The notes below the pieces were generated by a model that worked only from the letters and a program-made list of their open reading frames with translations, was not told the origin of the DNA and made no database searches. From Vulcanimicrobiales bacterium (GTDB lineage: Bacteria; Vulcanimicrobiota; Vulcanimicrobiia; Vulcanimicrobiales; Vulcanimicrobiaceae), in the NCBI GenBank assembly GCA_038215615.1, contig JBBQQR010000005.1, positions 1 through 64,000 on the forward strand: a stretch of 64,000 bases of DNA, read 5' to 3'. Made by a program: the position numbers and the translations under genes. Positions 35,570-45,295 of this stretch are shown in pieces; within the stretch, counting starts at the first letter, position 1, and each line of letters opens with the position of its first letter.

Positions 35570-37543
35570 ATGCTCATCCTAGCTGCCCTTGCCGCCACGC
35601 ATCTTATCGGCTGGCCGGCCGGGCCGGCCACCAGCCAAGAACTGCTCTGGGAGCGGATCTTCGCCACGGTTCCGAGCGCAGCGGCCGCGGCCAACATCGA
35701 GCAGCATATTTCGTCGAAACCGCACCGGGCCGGCACGCCAGCCGATTACGCGACCGCGCAATTCGTGCAGCAACGGCTGCAGGCCGACGGCTTTCAAACG
35801 CGCGTGGTTCCATACGACCTTGCATTCACTGCGCCCGTCGCCGAGCGCTTGGAGATGATGTCTCCCAGGCATGTCGCGTTCGATCTGCTTGAAGGAACGC
35901 CGGGCCATCACAGCGCGGCAGAGATCGCGGCCGGACCGCCGTTTAGCGAAAACTCCGGCGACGGCAACGTAACGGGCAATCTCTATTACGTCAACAACGG
36001 ATCCCCGGCAGATCTGACCGTGCTCGACGCAATGCACGTCGATCTGCGCGGCGCGATCGTGTTGATCAGAAACTTCGGCGGATCGTACGACGAATTGCGC
36101 AAGCGCGGCGTCGCCGGAATTCTCACCTTTGTCGATCCGGCCGACGACGGATACGGGCGAGGCGACGTGTGGCCGTACGGAAACTTTAAGAACATCGACA
36201 TGGCAGAGCGCGGCGGCGGGATCGCCCCCGCTGCTTCGCCGACCCCGCTGCCGCCCGGCGACGTAACGCTGCCCGGGCAAGCACCGCTTCCCGGAATTGC
36301 GCACCATCCATGGAACAGCGTGCCGCGCCCCGATATCCCGGAGCTACCGGTAACGCAACGCAGCGCGCGCGCTCTGTTGGCGGCGATGGCCGGCGCGGTC
36401 GTGCCGCGCGAGTGGCATCCACTTTTCGAAATCGTCGTTCACACCGGCGGAAACGTGCGCGTGCATCTTGCCGTGCAGATGTCGCGGCGAGTGGTGCGAA
36501 CCTGGAACGTGATTGGCGCTCTAACAGGCAGCGAAAATCCAAATTCGATCGTGATGATCGGCAGCCACCGCGACGCAATGGTATTTGGCGCGATCGATCC
36601 GGGCAGCGGAACGACCGCACTACTGCAAGTCGCCGACGGACTGCATGCGCTCGCAGCGCGCGGGTGGCGCCCGCAACGAACGATCGAGATAGCGTCGTGG
36701 GACGGACACGAGCTCGGGCTCTTCGGTTCGATTTCGTATGCCTATCAGTTCGATCCGCAGCTACGGAGTACGCTCTGGCAATACATCAACACCGACCAGA
36801 CTACAACCGGAAACCCGTTTGCCATTCGCGCGTCGCCGGGGTTGTGGGAATTTCTCAAGCAGATCGCCGACGTCGTTCCCGGTCCGGACGCTCTGATGCT
36901 AAGCGCACACGACGCGCCGGCCGTGCCGCTCCTCAATCCCCCCGCGAGCGGATCCGATCACCAAACCTTCGCCTATATGTTGGGGATTCCAAGTTCGTCG
37001 AACGGTTTTCGCGGCGTCTTCGGAGCGCACCACACCGCTGAAGACAACATCGCTGGAATCAAGACATACGATCCCGGTTTCAAAGAGGCAGTTAGCGACA
37101 CGATTCTGACGGGCATACAAGCGATGCGCACCGCCGGCGGTGCGGTTGCGCCGCTGCGCATGAGCGATCACGCGCAAGACCTGCTCACCGCGCTCAAACT
37201 CGGCGCGACGTCTACGACCTTCAAACCCGGCGTGGACATTACTGCGCTGCAAAACGCGCTGACCGAATACTTGGATGCCGCGCGCGCAACCGATGGCGCG
37301 CTCGATGCAGCTGAAAGCAACGGCAACCTTGCGGCGATGCAATCCCTTTCGGCCAAAGAACAAGCCGCATTTTCGGCGTTCTACATCCCCGCCGGTCTTT
37401 CGACCAACCCGTACCTTCACACGATCGATCGCGCGCCCAACGCATTTCCCGAAATCACCAATGGCGCCACGGCTCCCCAACAGCAGGCGGCCGTCGATCG
37501 GCTCGTCGCGGCGGTGCAGGAAGCAACAGCAGCGCTGCGCTAA
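35570..37543 (+). CDS. M28-family metallopeptidase with PA domain (glutamate carboxypeptidase II-like)
   Basis: PHRAGT, GSHRDA..FGAIDPGSGT, SWDGHELG, YINTD, SGSDH, HHT. Confidence 0.88.
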   Translation: MLILAALAATHLIGWPAGPATSQELLWERIFATVPSAAAAANIEQHISSKPHRAGTPADYATAQFVQQRLQADGFQTRVVPYDLAFTAPVAERLEMMSPRHVAFDLLEGTPGHHSAAEIAAGPPFSENSGDGNVTGNLYYVNNGSPADLTVLDAMHVDLRGAIVLIRNFGGSYDELRKRGVAGILTFVDPADDGYGRGDVWPYGNFKNIDMAERGGGIAPAASPTPLPPGDVTLPGQAPLPGIAHHPWNSVPRPDIPELPVTQRSARALLAAMAGAVVPREWHPLFEIVVHTGGNVRVHLAVQMSRRVVRTWNVIGALTGSENPNSIVMIGSHRDAMVFGAIDPGSGTTALLQVADGLHALAARGWRPQRTIEIASWDGHELGLFGSISYAYQFDPQLRSTLWQYINTDQTTTGNPFAIRASPGLWEFLKQIADVVPGPDALMLSAHDAPAVPLLNPPASGSDHQTFAYMLGIPSSSNGFRGVFGAHHTAEDNIAGIKTYDPGFKEAVSDTILTGIQAMRTAGGAVAPLRMSDHAQDLLTALKLGATSTTFKPGVDITALQNALTEYLDAARATDGALDAAESNGNLAAMQSLSAKEQAAFSAFYIPAGLSTNPYLHTIDRAPNAFPEITNGATAPQQQAAVDRLVAAVQEATAALR

Positions 37544-38493
37544 GCCCAGGCGCGCTGAGCTTTTTTGAGAGCCGGTTCGAGCGCGGCGGGCTTCCAATAT
37601 TTGGCGCTCCAGAGATCGCCCTCGACCTCCAGGCGCTTGCGGGCGTTGGCGATCGTCCAACGCGCGTTTGCCGCTTCAGGCGTGACGCGTTTGGAAGCAA
37701 GCTCCTCGACTTCCGACCAGTCGAGCGTCATCGAAACCGGCGCTTTATCGCGCGCGCGCACGCCATACGGCGGAACGACGGTTTTCCCGCGGCCGATCTG
37801 CACCCAATCCAACAAGACGGTGCCTTTGGGGCGGCGCGCGATCGAACGCTCGAGAGTCGTCAACTTCGGCAGCTCGCGCGCCACCCTGCGCGCGGATATT
37901 TCGCCGAACTGCTTGAGCGTTTCGTACGAATACTTCGGCTGCACTGGAATGACCAAGTGTAATCCGCTGCCGCCGGTCGTCTTCACAAGTGGCTTCAGCC
38001 CGATGTCCGCGAGCATGTCAGCAAACTCGATCGCGACTTTCGCGAGCGTTTTTACCGAGCAACCCTCACCCGGATCGAGATCGAACAGGGCGTAGTCCGG
38101 ATATTCGAGCGCCGGGCGGTGCGAATACCACACGTGCAAAACGATCGCCGCCAAGTTTGCGCACCATGCCAGCGTGGCTTCGTCGTTGCACATAATGTAT
38201 GAAATTCGGCGCGAGCCTTGGTCGGCTGACGTTTCGATCGTCTTGACCCATTCCGGCGTATACTTCGGAACCTGCTTTTCAAAAAACGATTGGCCGCCGA
38301 TCCCGTCGGGGTAGCGCTGCAGCGTCAGCGGCCGATCCTTCAGGTGCGGCAACAGCCATTTCGTCACGCTCAAATAATATGCGATCAAATCGCCTTTGGT
38401 GTAACCGTCGCGCGGAAACAAGACTTTCTCCAAATTTGAAAACGTTAGGTCGTGCCCGGCGACTTTCGCCGTCTGCGTGGTGCGCGCCGGCAC
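37540..38493 (-). CDS. LigD polymerase (primase-polymerase) domain protein
   Basis: SNLEKVLFP, RYPDG, FFEKQ, FDLDPGE, KTTGGSGLH. Confidence 0.93.
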   Translation of the reverse strand: MPARTTQTAKVAGHDLTFSNLEKVLFPRDGYTKGDLIAYYLSVTKWLLPHLKDRPLTLQRYPDGIGGQSFFEKQVPKYTPEWVKTIETSADQGSRRISYIMCNDEATLAWCANLAAIVLHVWYSHRPALEYPDYALFDLDPGEGCSVKTLAKVAIEFADMLADIGLKPLVKTTGGSGLHLVIPVQPKYSYETLKQFGEISARRVARELPKLTTLERSIARRPKGTVLLDWVQIGRGKTVVPPYGVRARDKAPVSMTLDWSEVEELASKRVTPEAANARWTIANARKRLEVEGDLWSAKYWKPAALEPALKKAQRAWA

Positions 38494-40163
38494 TACTTTA
38501 CCTCGTCCGTGTCGATCGGCACTTCACGCACGCAATCTCTCGGGCTTTTGTCGGTGCGCAATCCCAGAAATGCCGGGTGACGCATGACGCCGTCGCGCGT
38601 CCACTCCGTGAAACGGGCCTGCGCGACGAGCTCCGGCTCGACCCAGTGCGCCTTCGTATTCGACGCGACCTCGTTTGAAAAGGGAGACGTCTTGCGCTCG
38701 AGTTTCTTGAGCTGCGCGGTCATCGCCGCGAGCGTCTTGGTGTCGAAGCCCGTGCCGACGTGCCCAACGTAGTGCAGCTTCTTGCCTTGATATAAGCCCA
38801 GCAGAAGCGCGCCGAACCCTTTCCGGCTTCCGCGCGGCTCGGTGAATCCGCCGATGACGCACTCCTGCAGCAGCTGCGCTTTGATTTTCACCCAGTCGCG
38901 CGTGCGGCGCTCGTGGTAGGTTGAGTCGCGCCGCTTCCCGATGACGCCTTCGAGCTGCTGGCGCTGGGCTTGCTCGAAAAACACACGGCCGTCGCCGATC
39001 ACATGCTTTGAGTAGAGCACGAGATCCGTATCGCCGATCGCGTGCTCCAGGATCGCCTTGCGTTCTTCGAGCGGCGTCTTGCGCGCGTCTTTTCCGTCGG
39101 CGTAGAGGATGTCGAAAACCGCGAAGGTCAGCGGATATTGCTTGGCGTCACTCGATCGCGCGCTCGGGCGGTTGCGATTGAAACTTCCCTGTAAGCGTTG
39201 AAAAGAAGAGCGCCCGCGTTCGTCGAGGCTTACGATCTCGCCGTCCACCACGATCGGCAGCGTCCTCCAGGCGCCGCGCAGTTCTTCCAGCTCCGGAAAC
39301 TGCTTCAAAAAATCGAGTCCGTTACGCGAAACCAGCGAGATCTTGCCGTCTTCGCGTACGGTGCAAATCGCCCGGTATCCATCCCACTTTATTTCGAAGA
39401 GCCACTCGTCATCATCGAACGGTTCGTCCACGAGCGTCGCGAGCATAGGCGTGTGGATGACCGGCACCGGATCGCGTTTAGCGCTTTTTTTTTCCTTGGT
39501 TGCGCCGCGGGGCGCTGCTTTGCGTCCGGAATCCCAATGCGGCGCGCGCGGATCCTTCGCGTAAGATTCGACCGTCCGCCCGGTCTTCGCAGACGTGTTA
39601 TCCTTGGCAATGTCGTACTTCGGATCGACGAACTCGTCGTGGTCTTTGACGAGGAGCCACGGGTCGCCGCTGTCTTCGCCGCGCCCTTTGATCCGCACCA
39701 GCGTAAACTCGCCCTTGAGTTTCTTTCCGGAAAGGATGAACTTGATTTTTCCGCGGCCGATCTCGGCGGCGGGATCCTCGCCTTCGGCCAGCCGATACCA
39801 GCCCTCATCCCAGACGATGACTTCGCCGGCGCCGTATTGGCCTTTGGGAATGATGCCTTCGAACGTGCGATAGTCGAAAGGATGATCTTCGACGTGCATC
39901 GCGAGGCGTTTATCCGCCGGATCGCGCGACGGGCCTTTGGGAACGGCCCACGACTTGAGCACGCCGTCCGCTTCTAAACGGAAGTCGTAGTGCAGCCGCG
40001 ACGCGCGGTGCTTTTGAATGACGAAACGCAAACGCTTTCCGCCCTTAACCGGCTTTCCGCGCGGCTCGGGCGTCGCCTTAAAATCGCGTTTCGCGTGATA
40101 ACGTTTGAGCGAGCCGGGTTCCCGTACCCGACTCGCCCCTTTGGTCGTTTTCCTTGCCGGCAC
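38493..40163 (-). CDS. ligD: LigD phosphoesterase plus ATP-dependent ligase domains
   Basis: FVIQKHRASRLHYDFRLE; EIKWDGYR, DGEIV, EGVIGKR, WVKIK. Confidence 0.95.
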   Translation of the reverse strand: MPARKTTKGASRVREPGSLKRYHAKRDFKATPEPRGKPVKGGKRLRFVIQKHRASRLHYDFRLEADGVLKSWAVPKGPSRDPADKRLAMHVEDHPFDYRTFEGIIPKGQYGAGEVIVWDEGWYRLAEGEDPAAEIGRGKIKFILSGKKLKGEFTLVRIKGRGEDSGDPWLLVKDHDEFVDPKYDIAKDNTSAKTGRTVESYAKDPRAPHWDSGRKAAPRGATKEKKSAKRDPVPVIHTPMLATLVDEPFDDDEWLFEIKWDGYRAICTVREDGKISLVSRNGLDFLKQFPELEELRGAWRTLPIVVDGEIVSLDERGRSSFQRLQGSFNRNRPSARSSDAKQYPLTFAVFDILYADGKDARKTPLEERKAILEHAIGDTDLVLYSKHVIGDGRVFFEQAQRQQLEGVIGKRRDSTYHERRTRDWVKIKAQLLQECVIGGFTEPRGSRKGFGALLLGLYQGKKLHYVGHVGTGFDTKTLAAMTAQLKKLERKTSPFSNEVASNTKAHWVEPELVAQARFTEWTRDGVMRHPAFLGLRTDKSPRDCVREVPIDTDEVK

Positions 40164-40184
40164 GATGCCGTAAGGTGCGCGAGC

Positions 40185-40346
40185 CTAGACTCGCGCTCCT
40201 CGGCCGCTCAGTAAGTTGATGATGAGTAGGATCACCGCGATCACGATGACGATGTGGATGAGCGGGCTCGCAATGTGCGCAAACAGAAACCCAACCAGCC
40301 AGATAACCACCAAGATGACGATAATCGTCCACAATAAACCAGACAT
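40185..40346 (-). CDS. Small two-helix membrane protein (lmo0937/DUF5670-like)
   Basis: MSGLLWTIIVILVVIWLVGF..LIHIVIVIAVILLIINLLSGR; TAATG coupling. Confidence 0.8.
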   Translation of the reverse strand: MSGLLWTIIVILVVIWLVGFLFAHIASPLIHIVIVIAVILLIINLLSGRGARV

Positions 40347-40555
40347 TAAGGTTTGGTACCTCCTCCAGTGGTTGTGGTGTTGGTAGTCGTGGTACCACCG
40401 TTCACCGACGTGGTGCTGCTCGTCGAGGACCATGGATGCCAGACGAAGATCGCGATCAGGATCGCGATGAGGACGACGATAACGATGCCTACGGCAGCCG
40501 CTCCGCCTCCACTGCCATCGTTGACTACAACCGGGCCATCAGCCATACGAGTCAT
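40346..40555 (-). CDS. Small single-pass membrane protein with Thr-rich tail
   Basis: AAAGGAG SD; TM segment AVGIVIVVLIAILIAIFVW. Confidence 0.75.
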   Translation of the reverse strand: MTRMADGPVVVNDGSGGGAAAVGIVIVVLIAILIAIFVWHPWSSTSSTTSVNGGTTTTNTTTTGGGTKP

Positions 40556-40631
40556 TGCTCCTTTCGTAAGCTCGGCGAGGTTTATACCCAGAGTGCAAGC
40601 GAGCGTACCGGGGGGCGGCGAAGCGAGCGGT

Positions 40632-40910
40632 ATGTGGCTTGTGTCCGGTCTCATACTCTCCCTCAGCCTCGCGCTCGTGGCGTGGCTAAGGTCGAGGTCC
40701 CGCAGCACGACGTACTATGAAGGCGAGGTCTACGGCGTCTCCTCGGCGGGCCACCGCTACTATGCCCTGGCCTTTCTCGGGCTGGGGGCCTCCCTGCTGG
40801 CTTCCTCGGCCGCTCCGCCGGCCACCGTGCCCCTGCTCGCCATCCTGGCCCTAGCCGCGGTTCTCTACGGCGCGACGTTCCTGCGCGGAGCTTCCGGGGA
40901 AGACGAGTGA
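40632..40910 (+). CDS. Small membrane protein (three hydrophobic segments)
   Basis: ATG 40632; ends 1 nt before the next gene. Confidence 0.65.
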   Translation: MWLVSGLILSLSLALVAWLRSRSRSTTYYEGEVYGVSSAGHRYYALAFLGLGASLLASSAAPPATVPLLAILALAAVLYGATFLRGASGEDE

Positions 40911-40911
40911 G

Positions 40912-42666
40912 ATGAGCTCGGAGTTTCATTTTTCACCGCGGCCCAACCGCGCCGGCGAAATTGCCTGGCAGACGTGGGGAGCGGAGGCGTTCGCGCTAGC
41001 CGAGCGCGAGCACAAGCCTATCTTGCTGTCGATTTCCGCAGTCTGGTGCCACTGGTGTCACGTCATGGATGAGACCAGCTATTCCGACCCGCGCGTGATC
41101 GCAGCGATCAACGAACGCTTCGTCCCGGTACGGGTCGACAACGATCGCAGGCCCGACATCAACGCGCGCTACAACCAAGGCGGCTGGCCGACCACGGCGT
41201 TCTTGGCACCGGCCGGCGCCCTGCTCGCGGGCGCCACATACATGCCGCCCGAGCAAATGCTCGGCGCACTCGATCAGATCGCAAATTTCTACAAAGAGCA
41301 TCGCGAACACGTCGAAGAGCGGGCGGTCGAGCTGCGCAAGGAAAGCTCCTCCGAGCGGCCCGCCTCGGGCGAGCTGCGCGAAACCATGATCGCGCGCGTG
41401 CTCGAAGAGATCTCAGACGCCTACGATCCGGAATACGGCGGTTTCGGCAGCGAACCGAAGTTTCCGATGACCGACGTGCTCGACTTTCTGCTGCAAGAGC
41501 ATCGCGCAACCGGCGATCAGCGGCTCTACGACATGCTCGCCAAGACGCTGCTCGCGATGGCCGGCGGTGGTATGTACGATCGCGTCGAGGGCGGATTCTT
41601 CCGTTACTCAACGACACGCGACTGGAGCGTTCCGCATTTCGAAAAAATGACCGAAGATCATGCGGCGCTGCTGCGCATTCTCGCCGAGTTGACGCGGACG
41701 ACGCACAACGAAGCGTTTCGAACGACCCTCGAATCGGCGCTGCGCTACGTACGTACCGTGCTGCGCGATCCGCAGACGGGATTTTTCGCGGGCAGTCAGG
41801 ATGCAGACGAGGAGTACTTCGCGCTTCCACTCGAGGAACGGCGCAAACGCGAAGCGCCCTACATCGATCGCACGTCATACTCGAACTGGACCGCCGCGAT
41901 GGCCGGCGCATTGGCGCTGGCGGCCGCCGCACTCGAAGACGATGGCGTGATGCGCGAAGCGCAAGCGGCGCTCGATGGTTTGCACGAGCGCATGCGCGAT
42001 GAAAACGGCCTGCTCTACCATTTCCTCCAACCCGGCGGCAACCCGCGAGTGCGCGGACTCCTGACCGATCAGGTCGCCTACCTGCGCGCACTGCTCGACG
42101 CGCACGAATGTTCCGGCGAGCCGCGCTTTCTGGTGCGCGCGCGCGATCTTGCCGCCTCAATCGACGGCGCGTTCGCGACGCCCAACGGCGGGTACTACGA
42201 CCATGCGGGGACGGAAGAGCAGCTCGGTACCTTGGCCGTGCGGCAGCGTCCGCTCGCCGACAACTCGCTGCTGGCTGAGACTTTGCTGCGCCTTGCCGTT
42301 TTAGACGGGAACGATGGAAAGCGCGCGGCCGCCGAGCGCACGCTCCAACTCTATGCATCGAACTATGGAAGCATGCGTATGTTCGCCGCGCCTTTCGCAC
42401 GCGCGTTGCGCCGCTTTTTTGGTGGGATGACCTCCGTGGTGTTAGTTGGGACGCCTGAAACGACAAGCGATTTACGCGAAACCGCCCGTGCGCTGCCCGA
42501 TCCGCTCATTACGGTGGTGACGATCGATCCGTCCGATGCCAACGCTTTAAAAGAGCGCGGAATGGACCCGCATCTCGCTCCGGCCGCTTATTTTTGCCGC
42601 GGAAACATGTGCAGCGCTCCCGCGAGGACGGCGGCGGACCTGCGCGACGCGTTCGAAGTGCGCTAG
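40912..42666 (+). CDS. Thioredoxin-domain DUF255/YyaL (SPATA20-like) protein
   Basis: WCHWCHVMDE, GGWPTT, GGFG.EPKFP, GGMYD.VEGGFFRYS, PHFEKM. Confidence 0.92.
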   Translation: MSSEFHFSPRPNRAGEIAWQTWGAEAFALAEREHKPILLSISAVWCHWCHVMDETSYSDPRVIAAINERFVPVRVDNDRRPDINARYNQGGWPTTAFLAPAGALLAGATYMPPEQMLGALDQIANFYKEHREHVEERAVELRKESSSERPASGELRETMIARVLEEISDAYDPEYGGFGSEPKFPMTDVLDFLLQEHRATGDQRLYDMLAKTLLAMAGGGMYDRVEGGFFRYSTTRDWSVPHFEKMTEDHAALLRILAELTRTTHNEAFRTTLESALRYVRTVLRDPQTGFFAGSQDADEEYFALPLEERRKREAPYIDRTSYSNWTAAMAGALALAAAALEDDGVMREAQAALDGLHERMRDENGLLYHFLQPGGNPRVRGLLTDQVAYLRALLDAHECSGEPRFLVRARDLAASIDGAFATPNGGYYDHAGTEEQLGTLAVRQRPLADNSLLAETLLRLAVLDGNDGKRAAAERTLQLYASNYGSMRMFAAPFARALRRFFGGMTSVVLVGTPETTSDLRETARALPDPLITVVTIDPSDANALKERGMDPHLAPAAYFCRGNMCSAPARTAADLRDAFEVR

Positions 42667-43841
42667 TTTCCCGACCGCAAGAAAACGTCCCAGTACCAAA
42701 CGCCGTACGAACTCGCCCCGCATGAAATCGCGATGAGCGCCTTCACCCAAAGCGGCAAACGGGCGTGGGCGGCTAGCACGATCAGCGCGTAGAGAAACGG
42801 TATGAAATCCAACGCGTGCCGCATCCCATACTGCGCGAATCCGTTAACGTAGTACAGAAATGAGGGCACGGCTACGAGGATCGCCGCTGCCCACAACGCG
42901 AGCACGAACGCGCGCGGTTTGCGAGCCCAAAGTGCAAAGATGAGCGCCGGACTGGTCCACGTCAGCGCGATGCCCGAGTATGACGGACGTATCCACGGAA
43001 ATGCCGCCGAGAAATCCGGGCGTTGCGCGAAGAACGACCAGAGCTCGTAACCCAGATACTGCAAGCGGAAAGGCGAGCCCGTGGGCGAGCCCGCCGAATC
43101 CTGATGGTACCAGTTCGTGTAACCGATGTCGGCGGCCGTTCCCCAACGCGCGAAATTGTACGCCGCATACAGCGCGCCCGCTCCCGCCAGCACGCCGCTG
43201 AAGCCGAGCAAAACGGCGCGCAAGCGCGCGGAACAAAAACGCCAACTTTGCAGCTGCGGATCCGCAGCGATGAGGAGCGCCGCGTACACCGGAATTGCGA
43301 GCACCAAGGAAAAGCGCGAGCCCGCCGCAGCAACCGCCCACAATGCGACCAGCCAGCCTCGCCGCTTTCCTCGCAACTCTACGAGCGCGAGGAGCGTGAA
43401 CGCGGCTGCGCTGACATGTGCGATGAACCAGACGTCGCCGAGCATCGCGCACCATAAGAGATCGGTTCCGGCCAGCAAGAACGCGGTTAACCAAACGTTG
43501 GCCGTTGGGTCCAACCCCAAACGTTCGCCCAATTCCCAAGCGCCGCCGATCGCGATGCCGCAAAGAATCGCCGAGAGGAGCGTTTGATTTGCAGCCGTTC
43601 CAGCAAGCGCAACGTAAGGCAGAAGCAGCAGCGCCGGGACCGGACCTTCGATCACATAGTGCCGCCCGCGATATGCGAGCGCGTCGATGTAATTGCCCGA
43701 CCACGCGATCCACGTGTGACCGTGAAGCAACGCGTCCGCCAGCAGGACATAGTTATTATACGGAGTCGAGCGGAAATGGCCGGCGATCAGCGTGATCAGC
43801 GTCGCCACGATTCCCGCCGTCACGCATCCGCGCGCTTTCAT
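42663..43841 (-). CDS. Polytopic membrane protein, possible GT-C glycosyltransferase
   Basis: Many TM helices; YNFARWG, GFAQYGMRHALDF motifs; ATGA overlap. Confidence 0.7.
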   Translation of the reverse strand: MKARGCVTAGIVATLITLIAGHFRSTPYNNYVLLADALLHGHTWIAWSGNYIDALAYRGRHYVIEGPVPALLLLPYVALAGTAANQTLLSAILCGIAIGGAWELGERLGLDPTANVWLTAFLLAGTDLLWCAMLGDVWFIAHVSAAAFTLLALVELRGKRRGWLVALWAVAAAGSRFSLVLAIPVYAALLIAADPQLQSWRFCSARLRAVLLGFSGVLAGAGALYAAYNFARWGTAADIGYTNWYHQDSAGSPTGSPFRLQYLGYELWSFFAQRPDFSAAFPWIRPSYSGIALTWTSPALIFALWARKPRAFVLALWAAAILVAVPSFLYYVNGFAQYGMRHALDFIPFLYALIVLAAHARLPLWVKALIAISCGASSYGVWYWDVFLRSGN

Positions 43842-45295
43842 TGTTTTTCGATCCGGTAGAGATCGGGCGAACCGGGGATGCGAATTAAACGATAGCCCGG
43901 CACCGATCCGAAGACCTGATCCACCACGTACACGGGGCGTCCGGCGCGAATCCACCCGGGAACGCGTCCGGCTTCGTCGCTCAGCCACGCGCTGTCCACT
44001 ATCCGGCGGCCGAGCGAACGATCAACGTACGCTGCATACGCCAGCGCGGTCGAATCGATCCACGGCGCCAGCAGGACGGCGTCATTCGGCGTTGCGCTTT
44101 GCACCGTTCGAATCAGCCCTTCCGCACCGGTCGACTTCGGCTGCTCGAATGTGCCTCGATTGAGAATCAAGAGCGTTACCGCGATCGCCGGCAAGACGAG
44201 CGACGACGGAACTCGCAATTCCGGCATCGCCTTGGCGATTGCGTTCGCCCCATAACCCACGAGTATCGCGGTTACGATGAACGGAATCAGATAATAGCGC
44301 TGGATATCGGCTTCGACCGGATACCCGAAAGCGAACACCGCTGGACATACCGCCGCCAAGAACAGCGCGGCCGCCAGCCACGGGCGGCTGCGCGCGAGCG
44401 CAATTGCGCCCGCCGCCGCGATCAGGATTCCCAGGGCTGTAAACTCACGCCACAGCCACATGAAAAATGGCGGTGCGCCGGTGCGATATGTCTCCGGACT
44501 CAAGGCGGCCAAAAACGCTTTCAGCGCGCCGTAATCCGAGCCGCTCAAGAAACTGCGGAACCCGGCCCACGTCGCCGGATGATTCATATCCCAAAACGCC
44601 TTGCCGGGCGGCTCGCCCAGCGCGAGCGTCGGATCGAGCTGTGCGTGCGTGACGATGGCGCTGCGAATCGGCAGGTACGCGTAGAGCGAGAGACCGATTC
44701 CCAAGAGCAGCAACCCTTGCGCAAACGTGCGCAGGCGCAGCGTTCGCACACGCGCATAGAACGCGACGAGAAGCGCCGGCGCGAGCAGTACGGTCACGGG
44801 ATGGGTTGCGATCGCAAACCCCCAGCAGAGCGTGCCGAGCGCGAACGCCTTCGGTTCGCCGCGCTCGTACCAGCGTACGCAAAAATAAAGCGTCAGCGCC
44901 GCAAACGCCGCAGCCAGCGCGTGGACTTCAGCTCGCGTGCCGCGCGTCCAAGCAATCTCGCCGAAGGCAAACATCCAGCTTGCACCGAGCGCAATCCAGG
45001 GACCGCATTTGAGTTCGCGCAGCGATAAAAAAATCGCCCAGCATGCCGCGCTCATCGCGATCGCGCTGAAGAGTGCGATTCGCCAGGCAACCGTGCCGGC
45101 TGGAAAAAGGTGCGCGAATATCCCCGCGGCTAGTGTGAATGCCGGAAATCCCGTCGGATGCGCGATGCCGAAGATCCACGGCACCACTTGAGATTCACCC
45201 GTGTCCCAGTAGCTCACTGCGCCATCGAGCGACGCGGCGTAGACCGCCAGCGGCACGAGCCACGCGGCCCAAGGCGCTAGACTACGAGCGGTTAA
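43838..45295 (-). CDS. DUF2723/TMEM260-like membrane glycosyltransferase (start uncertain)
   Basis: WDTGE, GIAHPTGFP, AEVHAL, YAYLPIRS motifs. Confidence 0.85.
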   Translation of the reverse strand, partial: LTARSLAPWAAWLVPLAVYAASLDGAVSYWDTGESQVVPWIFGIAHPTGFPAFTLAAGIFAHLFPAGTVAWRIALFSAIAMSAACWAIFLSLRELKCGPWIALGASWMFAFGEIAWTRGTRAEVHALAAAFAALTLYFCVRWYERGEPKAFALGTLCWGFAIATHPVTVLLAPALLVAFYARVRTLRLRTFAQGLLLLGIGLSLYAYLPIRSAIVTHAQLDPTLALGEPPGKAFWDMNHPATWAGFRSFLSGSDYGALKAFLAALSPETYRTGAPPFFMWLWREFTALGILIAAAGAIALARSRPWLAAALFLAAVCPAVFAFGYPVEADIQRYYLIPFIVTAILVGYGANAIAKAMPELRVPSSLVLPAIAVTLLILNRGTFEQPKSTGAEGLIRTVQSATPNDAVLLAPWIDSTALAYAAYVDRSLGRRIVDSAWLSDEAGRVPGWIRAGRPVYVVDQVFGSVPGYRLIRIPGSPDLYRIEKQ

